64,000 bases of DNA from Vulcanimicrobiota bacterium (lineage in GTDB: Bacteria > Vulcanimicrobiota > Vulcanimicrobiia > Vulcanimicrobiales > Vulcanimicrobiaceae), in assembly GCA_963714015.1 (NCBI GenBank), contig OY970223.1:3040001-3104000 (forward strand). Reading direction: 5' to 3'. This document shows positions 9,686-17,860 of the stretch, one piece after another. The translations under genes were made by a program, and so were the position numbers. Position 1 is the stretch's first letter; each line of letters opens with the position of its first letter. Under the pieces are notes generated by a model that saw only the letters and a list, made by a program, of their open reading frames with translations, searched no databases and was not told the DNA's origin.

Positions 9686-10638
9686 TCCGCAGAGCCGCGT
9701 TCTCGTTCTTCAATTCGCGATAGGTTACGCGCCGTCCGTCCGTATTCTTCAGCACGGCCACGAACCGCTCCGCGTCGTTCCCCTCGCGGGCGTTGAAGCG
9801 GAATACTTGCTCGTCAAGGTAGCGGTCTCAGATGGAACGGACGCGGGCAAATGTAGGTCCCTTTAATGGTCCGCTTCAGGCAGCTCCAGAAGTTCTCGAT
9901 ATTGTTCGTATGCACGCTTTCCGTCAACGTACCGAACCGAGTGGTCAACGAACTTATGCAGGTAGCGAATAGTCCAGCATCCGGTAGGAGCGCAGCGCAT
10001 CGGTGAACACTTGGAACCCGGTTCGACGTTCTGATAAATCTTCGGAAGCAGTACCGCGGCGCGATGGTTCGGAACGACCATAGCCTTCACGCGGCTTTTG
10101 CCTTTTTCTTCGGCGCGTTGCACCATGCCGAACACCGTCGTCTTTCCGGTGCCGGTCCGTGTTTGAGTTTGCGGAAGCCGCTCTTGGAAAAGTAGTTCGT
10201 GCGTACCTTACCGCCGACGAATGTTTCGTCCGCTTCAACTGTACCGGAGAACGCCGCGCCAACGCCGTCTTTCATGGATTCGCGGATGCGATGGAACATG
10301 AACCACGCCGTCTTTTGCGTGACACCCAGGGCGCGGTCCAGTTCACACGACGAGGTTCCGTTCTTCGTGTTTGCCAGGAGCCAAATTGCCGGAAGCCACT
10401 TGGTAAACGAAATCGGACTGTCCTCAAAAATCGTCCCAACCTTGACCGAGAACTGCCGTTTGCACTCTTTGCAGCGCCACATTTTGCGAGTCTTGAGGAA
10501 TTGGACGGACGCCGATCCGCAACCCATGCGCGGGCACGCGATGCCGTTCGGCCAGCGCAATTTAACCGCGTATTCGAACGCCCGCTCGGGGTCCGAGAAG
10601 AAGGTGACTGCCTCGATAAGCGTAGTCGGCGTGTCCAT
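9636..10638 (-). CDS. IS1595-family transposase with several frameshifts
   Basis: N-terminal zinc ribbon (RWPNG..CP..GC...WRCKEC), GTIFEDS, LGVTQKTAWFM.HRIR, VEADET, VFTD, HTNNIENFWS.LKR, RYLDE..FRFN. Confidence 0.92.
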
Positions 10639-10707
10639 GCTTTAACGGTATACTCGAGGGTGTTCCACCAGTGTGGCACTGTGAGGTGAGCCAAGTATAT
10701 TAGCTTG

Positions 10708-10715
10708 ACAACTGT
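10708..10715 (+). repeat. Junction repeat 2, ACAACTGT
   Basis: gtatattagcttg-ACAACTGT-caagatgatatacc. Confidence 0.9.
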
Positions 10716-10780
10716 CAAGATGATATACCTATTGCGGCTTTGCCCATTTCCGGCGAGTTGCACAAAGCGCTAAAGCGTGG

Positions 10781-11185
10781 CTATTGGTGCAGTAGCACGA
10801 TGGCAATCACGGCGTAAAGGCTCAGAACGACGCCACCTAGCGGTATCGCGAGTTTAAGACGAGGATTCGCCGGAACACTGGTCACCCGTGGAAAGGCATA
10901 CGCGAAGTAAGCCCACAGCGCAAGGCTAACGAGTGCTAAAGCAAGGCGCTCAGTCCTTCCAAGCACGGTTAGCCTGTGCACTTTCGGTAATCGATCTGAA
11001 GCCCCCAGATCGCCGATCTCGCATTGCCTGCGCCCAACCTCGTCTTGCAAGCGCAGAGAACGCTCGATCGCGGCCGCCAGGTTATCCTCGGCCTCGGTCG
11101 GCGTCGGCCCAAAGGCCACAATCTCGCGACCTGCGCCCTGCCCCCTGGCGTGGTAGCCGCCCGCAACCTGCAGTAGAGTAGCCAT
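10781..11185 (-). CDS. Hypothetical protein; N-terminus weakly HicB-like, hydrophobic C-terminus
   Basis: GGYHARG...IVAFGPTPTEAEDNLAAAI resembles the HicB G.T.EEA..N...AI pattern. Confidence 0.35.
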   Translation of the reverse strand: MATLLQVAGGYHARGQGAGREIVAFGPTPTEAEDNLAAAIERSLRLQDEVGRRQCEIGDLGASDRLPKVHRLTVLGRTERLALALVSLALWAYFAYAFPRVTSVPANPRLKLAIPLGGVVLSLYAVIAIVLLHQ

Positions 11186-11234
11186 GGTCCAAATTATCCC
11201 ACGCCGTAGCGTTACGTGGCAAATAACTTAATGC

Positions 11235-11350
11235 GGCGGGAAGGCGACCACGCGGAGCGGTTCTATACTGTGCTGAAGAACACGGACGGCCATCGCGTTA
11301 TGTATCGCACCTTGAAGGCGGAAAACCCGAACCTGCGTGTTATGCATCCT
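11235..11350 (+). pseudogene. Remnant of an IS1595 transposase C-terminus, inverted relative to unit A
   Basis: REGDHAERFYTVLKNTDGHRVMYRTLKAENPNLRVMHP versus unit A REGNDAERFVAVLKNTDGRRVTYRELKNENAALRTTHP. Confidence 0.85.
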
Positions 11351-11479
11351 CGGATATCTCGCCCGAATCTCGCCCGCGTCGTCCTCGATAATTTCCCGGT
11401 TATCGTCGTTCTTGCGAACGATTTTGCCGAGCAGGGTTTTCGAAGTTCTCCATAGCCTCGTCGCCGTTTACGTCGTCAT

Positions 11480-12314
11480 TCATAGCAAGTCCAACGCTTC
11501 ATCTGCCAGTTTGCCACCAAGGATTGTCGCCCACGCATCTAGCGCTTTCGCCATGGCTTGTACCGTTTTTGACGTTAATATTTGCCCCGCAATTATTTCG
11601 TGTGTTAGGTCCGTACTGCTTAAGCCATATCTTGACATCATATCGGTAACAATTCTTACGACCTTGGGCCTCACCTTGTCAAATTCGGTATTATCCACGG
11701 TAGTGCTCTCGAGCCATTCCTCAATTATTTCGCGCCCCGTCAGCCCTTTACGCTGCGATTTATGCAGCGTCATGTTATTCACGAACGATTCTAACATTGC
11801 AGAGACGCGCTTTATGCGTGTGTAGTCCGAAGCGAGGGGTGCAATGCGCGACCATTTCTCCGCGCTAATCTGCAAGTCGTTAACCCGCCCCACTAATTTG
11901 TCGTTTTCTAGCGATGCCTCTACCCAGCCATCCGATAACGCATCAGCCTCGGCCTTTAGACCCTCAGTTTTCGTACGCTCCTGTCGGACGATGCTCAATG
12001 GTGTCCTGCAATTTACTTTGGACACCGAGTGACTAAACGAATCAGTAGCCTGCGATGCGGTCGCCGACAAGGACAGGTCCTTTACTTGCGCGTCGTGCCA
12101 CCACAGCAATAGGCCGACCATAAGAAAAAGTGGAGATGAAATCTTGGACTTGCGCCACAAAGTGTCCCAGTTCGGTGTGCGCGTTATAATTCAGCGATGC
12201 CTGGACGGCGTTCTCGTGGTCGATTGCGTCCCATATTCTCCAGGCCCAACCCAGACCAGATATGACGAGCGTTGCAATCGTCGGCCTAGACGGACGCCAC
12301 ACTTTAGAGAACAT
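11480..12314 (-). CDS. Hypothetical membrane-anchored cargo protein (frameshifted)
   Basis: ORFs 12042..12314 and 11480..12160 overlap; TM segments followed by a helical region; lower GC. Confidence 0.4.
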
Positions 12315-12409
12315 CCAGATCGTTTGCGCCGTGAGCGCGACTGATCATTTTGTGACCCTCGATGAGACCAAGGCTGGACTGAAAAAAGCGCCCTCCTTAC
12401 CCTATTAGG

Positions 12410-12497
12410 GCATTGGTGCCTCAGGTGGCTTTGCACATCAAAGGGCGGCTGCACATAAAATACGCTGCTTGCACATAAAACCGAGCCGCTGCAATTA
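12410..12497 (+). repeat. Internal transposon-end-like sequence with periodic GCACATAAAA repeats
   Basis: gtgCCTcAGGtGGCTTTGCACA matches the unit B/C ends. GCACAT repeats at 12433, 12451 and 12471; homologous to 17870-17928. Confidence 0.7.
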
Positions 12498-12661
12498 GGA
12501 ACAGTTTATTTCGTCCGTACGCTTGCAAAGCATGGTATATTTGCGCCATGTTGCCGCGACGGTGGTCGCGGGCAGGGAGTAAAGGGCTCCCCACCCGCAT
12601 CCTCCATCGGGGACGGTCGGAAGCTCCAGGGGTTCCGATCTCGCGCTCCAGGAGGAAAACT

Positions 12662-12808
12662 CTACTCCGGTTTTGGCGCACGACGAGGTGTGTTCCAATA
12701 CGGACTTTTGCACTTCGGGCAAACCATCGGGTCCTGCGACTTGTCCCGAGGCAGCCATTCGTGCCCGCATCGGTCGCACCGATAGCCGGACAGTTTCACC
12801 TTCGCCAT
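12662..12808 (-). CDS. 48-aa zinc-ribbon protein (not in the ORF track)
   Basis: Hand translation MAKVKLSGYRCDRCGHEWLPRDKSQDPMVCPKCKSPYWNTPRRAPKPE*; two CxxC motifs; TTGACG-18-TATACT 6 nt before the ATG. Confidence 0.8.
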   Translation of the reverse strand: MAKVKLSGYRCDRCGHEWLPRDKSQDPMVCPKCKSPYWNTPRRAPKPE

Positions 12809-12814
12809 TCCCGT

Positions 12815-12890
12815 AGTATATACCCACTAGTCTCATACCGTCAATATACCCCCTGGTAGGTTGACTCTGCGCTATCCCTTGTGGTATATT
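12815..12890. promoter_or_regulatory. Divergent promoter pair (zinc-ribbon gene and transposase)
   Basis: Minus strand TTGACG (12844-12839), 18 bp, TATACT (12820-12815). Plus strand TTGACT (12861-12866), 18 bp, TATATT (12885-12890) with a TGn extension. Confidence 0.6.
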
Positions 12891-12920
12891 CTCTTTAGGA
12901 ATATACGAAGGGGTACGAAG

Positions 12921-14141
12921 ATGGAAGCACGGGAACAGCGCGGGCTCGAAATCGCAGCCACCAAGAAACTCGAAAAGTCCGGCCAGAAGTGGCTTGTCCC
13001 ATCCTCCACCGGATCGGGCACGTACGTTGTCGATCCCACCGTCTACGGGCCGGCGACCTGCACTTGTCCCGACTACGAGCTGCACCAAGAGCCGTGCAAA
13101 CACGTCTACGCGGTCGAGTTTACGATCCGACGCGAAACGACGGCCAAGGACGGTACCGTGACGACCGAAACGATCACGTACCGCCAGGAATGGGCCGCGT
13201 ACAATGCGGCACAGGGCAATGAGAAGGTCCGCGTTGCGGAGTTGCTTCGCGAACTGTGCGGCGCAATCGACAACCCACTCCAAAAGCGCGGTCGTCCGCG
13301 TCTGCCGCTCTCCGATCGCGATCTTCTGCGCCGTGATGAAGGTTTACGGCGGAATGTCCGCCCGCCGCTCGGCTTTGCGACCTGAACGACTTTGCCGCTC
13401 GCGGCTTCATCGACAAAGCGCCGCACTTCAATTCCGTTCTCAACGCCCTCGAAAATCCCGATGTAACGGCCATCCTCAAGAACATGATTGAGGAAAGCGC
13501 CGCTCCGCTCGTGACGCTGGAAACGGACTTTGCGGCCGATTCCTCCGGCTTCACGCCCACGACCTATGCCCGGTGGTTCGACGCGAAGTACGGGCGCGAA
13601 ATGACCAAGCACCATTGGCTCAAGGCGCATATCACCGTCGGAACCCGCACGAACATCGTTACGGCGGTCGAAGTCACGGACTACAACGTCCACGATTGCC
13701 CCGTACTGCCCGACCTGCTCAACACGACCGCCAAGCGGTTTACGATGGAGCGCGTTTCGGCCGATAAAGGCTACCTGTCCGATGCGAACGTCCGCGCTAT
13801 CCACTCGCACGGCGCGGTCGCCTTCATCCCGCCGAAAGTCCAACAGCCGTTTCGGCCCCATGCCCGACGCAAGCCGCAAGCGTTCCGACGTATGGCACAA
13901 AATGTTCCACTACTACGCTTTCAAGCGCGACGAGTTTCTGCGCCATTACCATCGGCGGAGCAACGTCGAAACGACATTCCACATGATCAAATCCAAGTTC
14001 GGCAGCCGTATCCGCTCGAAAACGCCTATCGCGCAGACGAACGAAGTTCTCGCGAAGGTCCTGTGCCACAACCTGTGCGTACTCGTTCAGTCCGCGTATG
14101 AACTCGGGATCGAATCGACGTTCTGGAAGCAAACGGCGTGA
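12921..14141 (+). CDS. SWIM zinc finger + DDE (IS4/IS5-like) transposase; about 3 frameshifts
   Basis: SWIM motif CTCPD...PCKHVYAV; RGRPRLP; DFAADSSGF; ADKGY; YHRRSNVETTFHMIK.KFG (Y-2-R-3-E-6-K). Confidence 0.9.
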
Positions 14142-14169
14142 CAGGTCTGAGGTCTTTGGAGGTCCCGAC

Positions 14170-15021
14170 ATGATCCCTATAATCCTGGTGCTAGCCATGG
14201 GTAGTACACCAACCGCGGCTTACGATTTGCCAAGGATCGAGCACCGGTACGCTATAGCCGAAGATAATCAGCGCGATCCCCAAACCCGCAACACCGCCGC
14301 CCAACATTCGGCGGCGAGGGAGCAGATCAACACCAACCCACAGGACTGCTCCTCCGCCGACAATCAAAACACAGCACAGTGCGAGGACGCTAAGAATAAC
14401 CAAAGAATCGCTGTCGCAAACGAGCACATGGTTACTCTCACTATTGTTATCGCTGCTGTTGGCGTTATGCAAACGCTTGCTCTCGTTCTTACGTTGGTAG
14501 CCACCCGAAAGGCGGCGAACGCTACGGCTAAGAGCGTTGACCTTTCCGAACGGTCGCTGAAGATCACTGAGCGTGCACACCTTCAGGTGAGCCAGATTGA
14601 GGTGCGGAGCGGCTTGACGAGTGGGAACATCCCCCGGATCGTAGTGTCGATTGCGAACCGAGGAAGGACACCAGGAACTATAGTAAGCAGTGTTTTTAAA
14701 TTTCAAATCTTCGACACAATTCCAGAATCGCCAACCTTTGATGGCGAGACTCCCAATCAGGTTTTGGTTGGTCCTGGGAACACCGAGACGTCCGATATTA
14801 TGACGCAACACGCCGTCACAACGGACGAGATCGAAGCGATAAAGGCTGCGAAAAAGCAGTTGGTCGTCTGGGGCAGAGTGTTCTATCTCGACGTGTTCGG
14901 GGACCGCCACGAAATGCGGTTTGGGTGCGCGATGAAAATGCACGATCATACCCCGGGCACTCAGGACTATAGGGTGACGTTCAAACAGTTGGTTGGTGAA
15001 GATTACAATCGGGCCGACTAA
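14170..15021 (+). CDS. Hypothetical secreted/membrane cargo protein
   Basis: Signal-like N-terminus, a TM segment (IVIAAVGVMQTLALVLTLVA), then a soluble domain (I.N.G.TPG, G.V.Y.DVFG..H). Confidence 0.65.
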   Translation: MIPIILVLAMGSTPTAAYDLPRIEHRYAIAEDNQRDPQTRNTAAQHSAAREQINTNPQDCSSADNQNTAQCEDAKNNQRIAVANEHMVTLTIVIAAVGVMQTLALVLTLVATRKAANATAKSVDLSERSLKITERAHLQVSQIEVRSGLTSGNIPRIVVSIANRGRTPGTIVSSVFKFQIFDTIPESPTFDGETPNQVLVGPGNTETSDIMTQHAVTTDEIEAIKAAKKQLVVWGRVFYLDVFGDRHEMRFGCAMKMHDHTPGTQDYRVTFKQLVGEDYNRAD

Positions 15022-15116
15022 CGCGAGAGCAGGTATTTTTCCGGTATGCTGAACTTGCGAACCGACCGCTCTTGAGCCATGCCCTGCGGTAACGGGTTGA
15101 CGCTCACGGGCTACGG

Positions 15117-15149
15117 AGGGGATCGGGGAATCCGGTCCCCTTTTCGTTT
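15117..15149 (+). terminator. Intrinsic terminator
   Basis: AGGGGATCGG-ggaat-CCGGTCCCCT followed by TTTCGTTT. Confidence 0.7.
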
Positions 15150-15242
15150 GCTGAGAGGCCGCACATAAAATCGGCAGGCTGCACAAAAAACACGCCCCCA
15201 GGAGCAATAAATGTGCAAAGCCGCCTCAGGTATATCATCTTG

Positions 15243-15250
15243 ACAACTGT
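15243..15250 (+). repeat. Junction repeat 3, ACAACTGT
   Basis: ggtatatcatcttg-ACAACTGT-caaggtaccgtacc. Confidence 0.9.
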
Positions 15251-15310
15251 CAAGGTACCGTACCTAAGGCGGCTTTGCACAAAAAGGCACTTTTGGGGCT
15301 GCTTTTATAT

Positions 15311-15567
15311 GTTGAGCAGGTCGGGGAGTACGGGGCAATCGTTGACGTTGTAGTCCGTGACTTCGACCGCCGTAACGATGTTGGTACGGGTTCCGACGTT
15401 AACATGCGCCTTGAGCCAATGGTGTTTGGTCATTTCGCGCCCGTACTTGGCATCGAACCAGCGGGCATACGTCGTGGGCGTGAAGCCGGAAGAATCGGCA
15501 GCGAAGTCTGTTTCCAGGGTCGCGAGCGGAGCGGCGCTTTCCTCAATCATTCTCTTGAGGATGGCCG
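15311..15567 (-). pseudogene. Internal fragment of a SWIM-DDE transposase, inverted relative to unit B
   Basis: AILKRMIEESAAPLATLETDFAADSSGFTPTTYARWFDAKYGREMTKHHWLKAH...DCPVLPDLLN, nearly identical to the protein encoded at ~13468-13723. Confidence 0.9.
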
Positions 15568-15591
15568 AAGTGCGACCAGCGCTGCAGCCAG

Positions 15592-17268
15592 TTACGCGCT
15601 TGGCAGTGTCTGCAATGGTGAAGTCAGCGTAAGCAGCGCGTATGCGCTGCCGGTGCGATACGTGAGAAGTGCAAGCGTTTCGGTCTCTTCCGGCAAGTAA
15701 TGCGTGCGATCGCGCTTGGGACCACAGATGACAAAGCCGATAAGTTCCGCACGCGCGGTCATCGGCAGCAGCAGTGATCCACGCAATGGATGTGCGGGCT
15801 CGTCGCATTCGAACGGTTCGTGCCAACGCCGCAAACGCAGCACTGCAAAATCGTGAGACGGCAGAATGGAAGGTGTGGGGGCGCTTGGCGTCGCGAGCGC
15901 ATACGCCGACCCGTCGGCCGTGTAGATCGCGACGAAGTCGCTCTCGAGGCGTTGACGCAGCGCCTCGTATGTCTGCAACAACAAGTATTTCGGGTCTGAA
16001 ATAAGGTCGGTCTCCTGCGCGAAGCGCCGTAACGCTTGCATCGCCGCCGTTTGCGAACGGAAGATGATTCGGTTGAGGAATCCTTCGATACGGCGATGAG
16101 CATGCGTGAGGACGACGCCGATGAATACCGCGAGCAGCAACTCCGCGGCGAGAGCGAAACGTGACTCTTCGAGCCATCTGCCGAAGCCCCAATCCACCAG
16201 AGCGAGCAGGGCGATCGTGATTGACGTGATGGTACCGTACAACAGTGCGCGGCTGACCACGAATCGGATGTCGAACAAGCGGTGGCGCAGGATCGTGTAG
16301 GCCAAGGCAATCGGCGCGAGCAGCATCCACGCTTGTGCAAGGTTGATATACGAAACTTCCGCGTAAATGCCGAACATGGGCGCGAGAATATTGTCGATGA
16401 CGATCGAGGGTAAAAACGCGACGGCGAAGGACAGCACAACCCAGCGCAGCCGATTACGGCGCGCTTCATCAGCCTGAACGTATCTGGCGATCAAAATCAC
16501 GATGGCGACGACGTAGATGCTGTTGAGCACGGCGCCGTACACCGTCCAATACGCGGTCGGAGCTCGCGCTCCGGAGACCACCAGCACGACCATCGGAATC
16601 AGCAAGGCAAGCCATACCGCGGGCACAAAAAACGCGATGAGCGCACGTTCGAGTAGCGCTCCGGCGCCGCGCGGCGTTGAATCGGGAAACCGCAGCGCGA
16701 ACGAGACAAAGCCAGCTGCCGATGCCGGAAGCGCAATCGACACGATGAGAGTGACGAGATACTGGGCCGCAGGGTATTCGAGAATCAGTGTGCCGACGAG
16801 GCAAAAGTTGTAGAGAAACGCGTAAAAGGCCCACGTGACGGGGCTCGGCCGGAAGAGCACGAGCGCGGCGGCGAGCAAAATGGCCGCCCACAGTGATACT
16901 ACCGCGATATAATCCGTGACGTTGTCGATGGCCGTTCGACCGAACGGATGCGAACGTAATGTCACGAGCCTGCCCGAACTGAGCGGAAGAGTTATAACGG
17001 CTCCGTCGGGTGCACCGGCATCGTAGCCCAGCGTTAGTGAGGCGCGACCGGTGGGGGATAGGCGACGCATGTCGATGACGTCACCGGCCCGCAAGCCTGC
17101 TCTCGATGCTTGCGCATCCACCGAGGTAATGTAACCGTTCTGCCCCGCGCCAAAGCCGTATGTCGAATACGGATGCCAGGGCAGAAGCAGATCTCCGCCG
17201 TTGGCGAGCAGCGAAGCGGCGGTAAGAACGACAATGAAGACAGTCCGGATGACTGCCCGCGTGTCCAT
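15592..17268 (-). CDS. Multi-TM protein with PDZ-like N-terminal region and C-terminal GAF-like domain
   Basis: ASRAGLRAGDVID, about 9 TM segments, LAYTILRHRLFDI, LLPMTARAELIGFVICG...EE...L; paralogous to 46088-47855. Confidence 0.75.
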   Translation of the reverse strand: MDTRAVIRTVFIVVLTAASLLANGGDLLLPWHPYSTYGFGAGQNGYITSVDAQASRAGLRAGDVIDMRRLSPTGRASLTLGYDAGAPDGAVITLPLSSGRLVTLRSHPFGRTAIDNVTDYIAVVSLWAAILLAAALVLFRPSPVTWAFYAFLYNFCLVGTLILEYPAAQYLVTLIVSIALPASAAGFVSFALRFPDSTPRGAGALLERALIAFFVPAVWLALLIPMVVLVVSGARAPTAYWTVYGAVLNSIYVVAIVILIARYVQADEARRNRLRWVVLSFAVAFLPSIVIDNILAPMFGIYAEVSYINLAQAWMLLAPIALAYTILRHRLFDIRFVVSRALLYGTITSITIALLALVDWGFGRWLEESRFALAAELLLAVFIGVVLTHAHRRIEGFLNRIIFRSQTAAMQALRRFAQETDLISDPKYLLLQTYEALRQRLESDFVAIYTADGSAYALATPSAPTPSILPSHDFAVLRLRRWHEPFECDEPAHPLRGSLLLPMTARAELIGFVICGPKRDRTHYLPEETETLALLTYRTGSAYALLTLTSPLQTLPSA

Positions 17269-17339
17269 CCTCGCAGAACTTCGTGCTCCGACATACCTTC
17301 CCCGCTGCGCAGGAATCGCGCTTTCCGCAACGTCGCCGG

Positions 17340-17790
17340 CGCGAGAGTAGAGCGATACGCACGGGGCGATCGTCGGCGATATTCCCAACACGCCGGGCGT
17401 GCACGGCATCGCACTTGCACCCGAACTCGGCAAGGGCTTTACGTCGAACGGTTCCGACGGCGCGGTAACGGTGTTCGATTTGAATTCGCTCAAACCCATG
17501 ACGACGATTCAAACGGGTGCCAAGGGGCCGGACGGCATCGTGTACGACCCCGCCAATAAGCGCGTGCTGACGTTCAACGGCGAGAGCAACGACGCGACCG
17601 CCAGCGACGCGCAAAACGACCGCGTCGTGGCGACGATTCCGCTTGGCGGACGACCGGAGTTTCCTGTCGCGGACGGCAAAGGCATGGTGTACGACAACAT
17701 CGAGAGCACGAGCGAAATCGTCGCGATTGACACGTCGAGCGCGGCAATCGTCGATCGCCGGAGTTTGGGAAGTTGCCAAAGCCTGTCGGG
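17340..17790 (+). pseudogene. Fragment of a YncE/YVTN-like beta-propeller gene
   Basis: GDIPNTPGVHGIALAPELGKGFTSNG...GPDGIVYDPANKRV...GRPEFPVADGKG; lacks the N- and C-terminal parts. Confidence 0.75.
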
Positions 17791-17852
17791 CAAACCCATT
17801 CGAGGCCTCGCCTTGGCAGCCTCGGTCAAGGTGAGTCAGGTATATCACCCCG

Positions 17853-17860
17853 ACAACTGT
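17853..17860 (+). repeat. Junction repeat 4, ACAACTGT
   Basis: ggtatatcaccccg-ACAACTGT-caaagtggccgtacc. Confidence 0.85.

Larger units (their letters stand above)
8639..10707 (-). mobile_element. Array unit A: IS1595-family transposon with cargo
   Basis: Terminal IRs CAAGGTAACATACTTGGCTCACC (8639-8661) and reverse complement CAAGCTAATATACTTGGCTCACC (10685-10707), 21/23 identical; flanked by ACAACTGT on both sides. Confidence 0.88.
10716..15242 (+). mobile_element. Array unit B: SWIM-DDE transposon with cargo
   Basis: IRs CAAGATGATATACCTattGCGGCTTTGCcCA (10716-10746) and reverse complement CAAGATGATATACCTgagGCGGCTTTGCaCA (15212-15242), 27/31 identical; ACAACTGT on both sides. Confidence 0.88.
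15251..17852. mobile_element. Array unit C: non-autonomous chimeric unit
   Basis: Left end CAAGGTACCGTACCTAAGGCGGCTTTGCACA is B-type. Right end reverse complement CGGGGTGATATACCTGACTCACC is A-type. Flanked by ACAACTGT. Confidence 0.75.

Noticed and set aside
12495..13283. 262-aa minus-strand ORF
   Set aside because: Antisense to the transposase; the convincing coding frame here is the 48-aa zinc-ribbon ORF.
15305..16330. 341-aa ORF as a real gene
   Set aside because: Out-of-frame overlap with the membrane/GAF gene; only the last ~85 aa are a transposase fragment.
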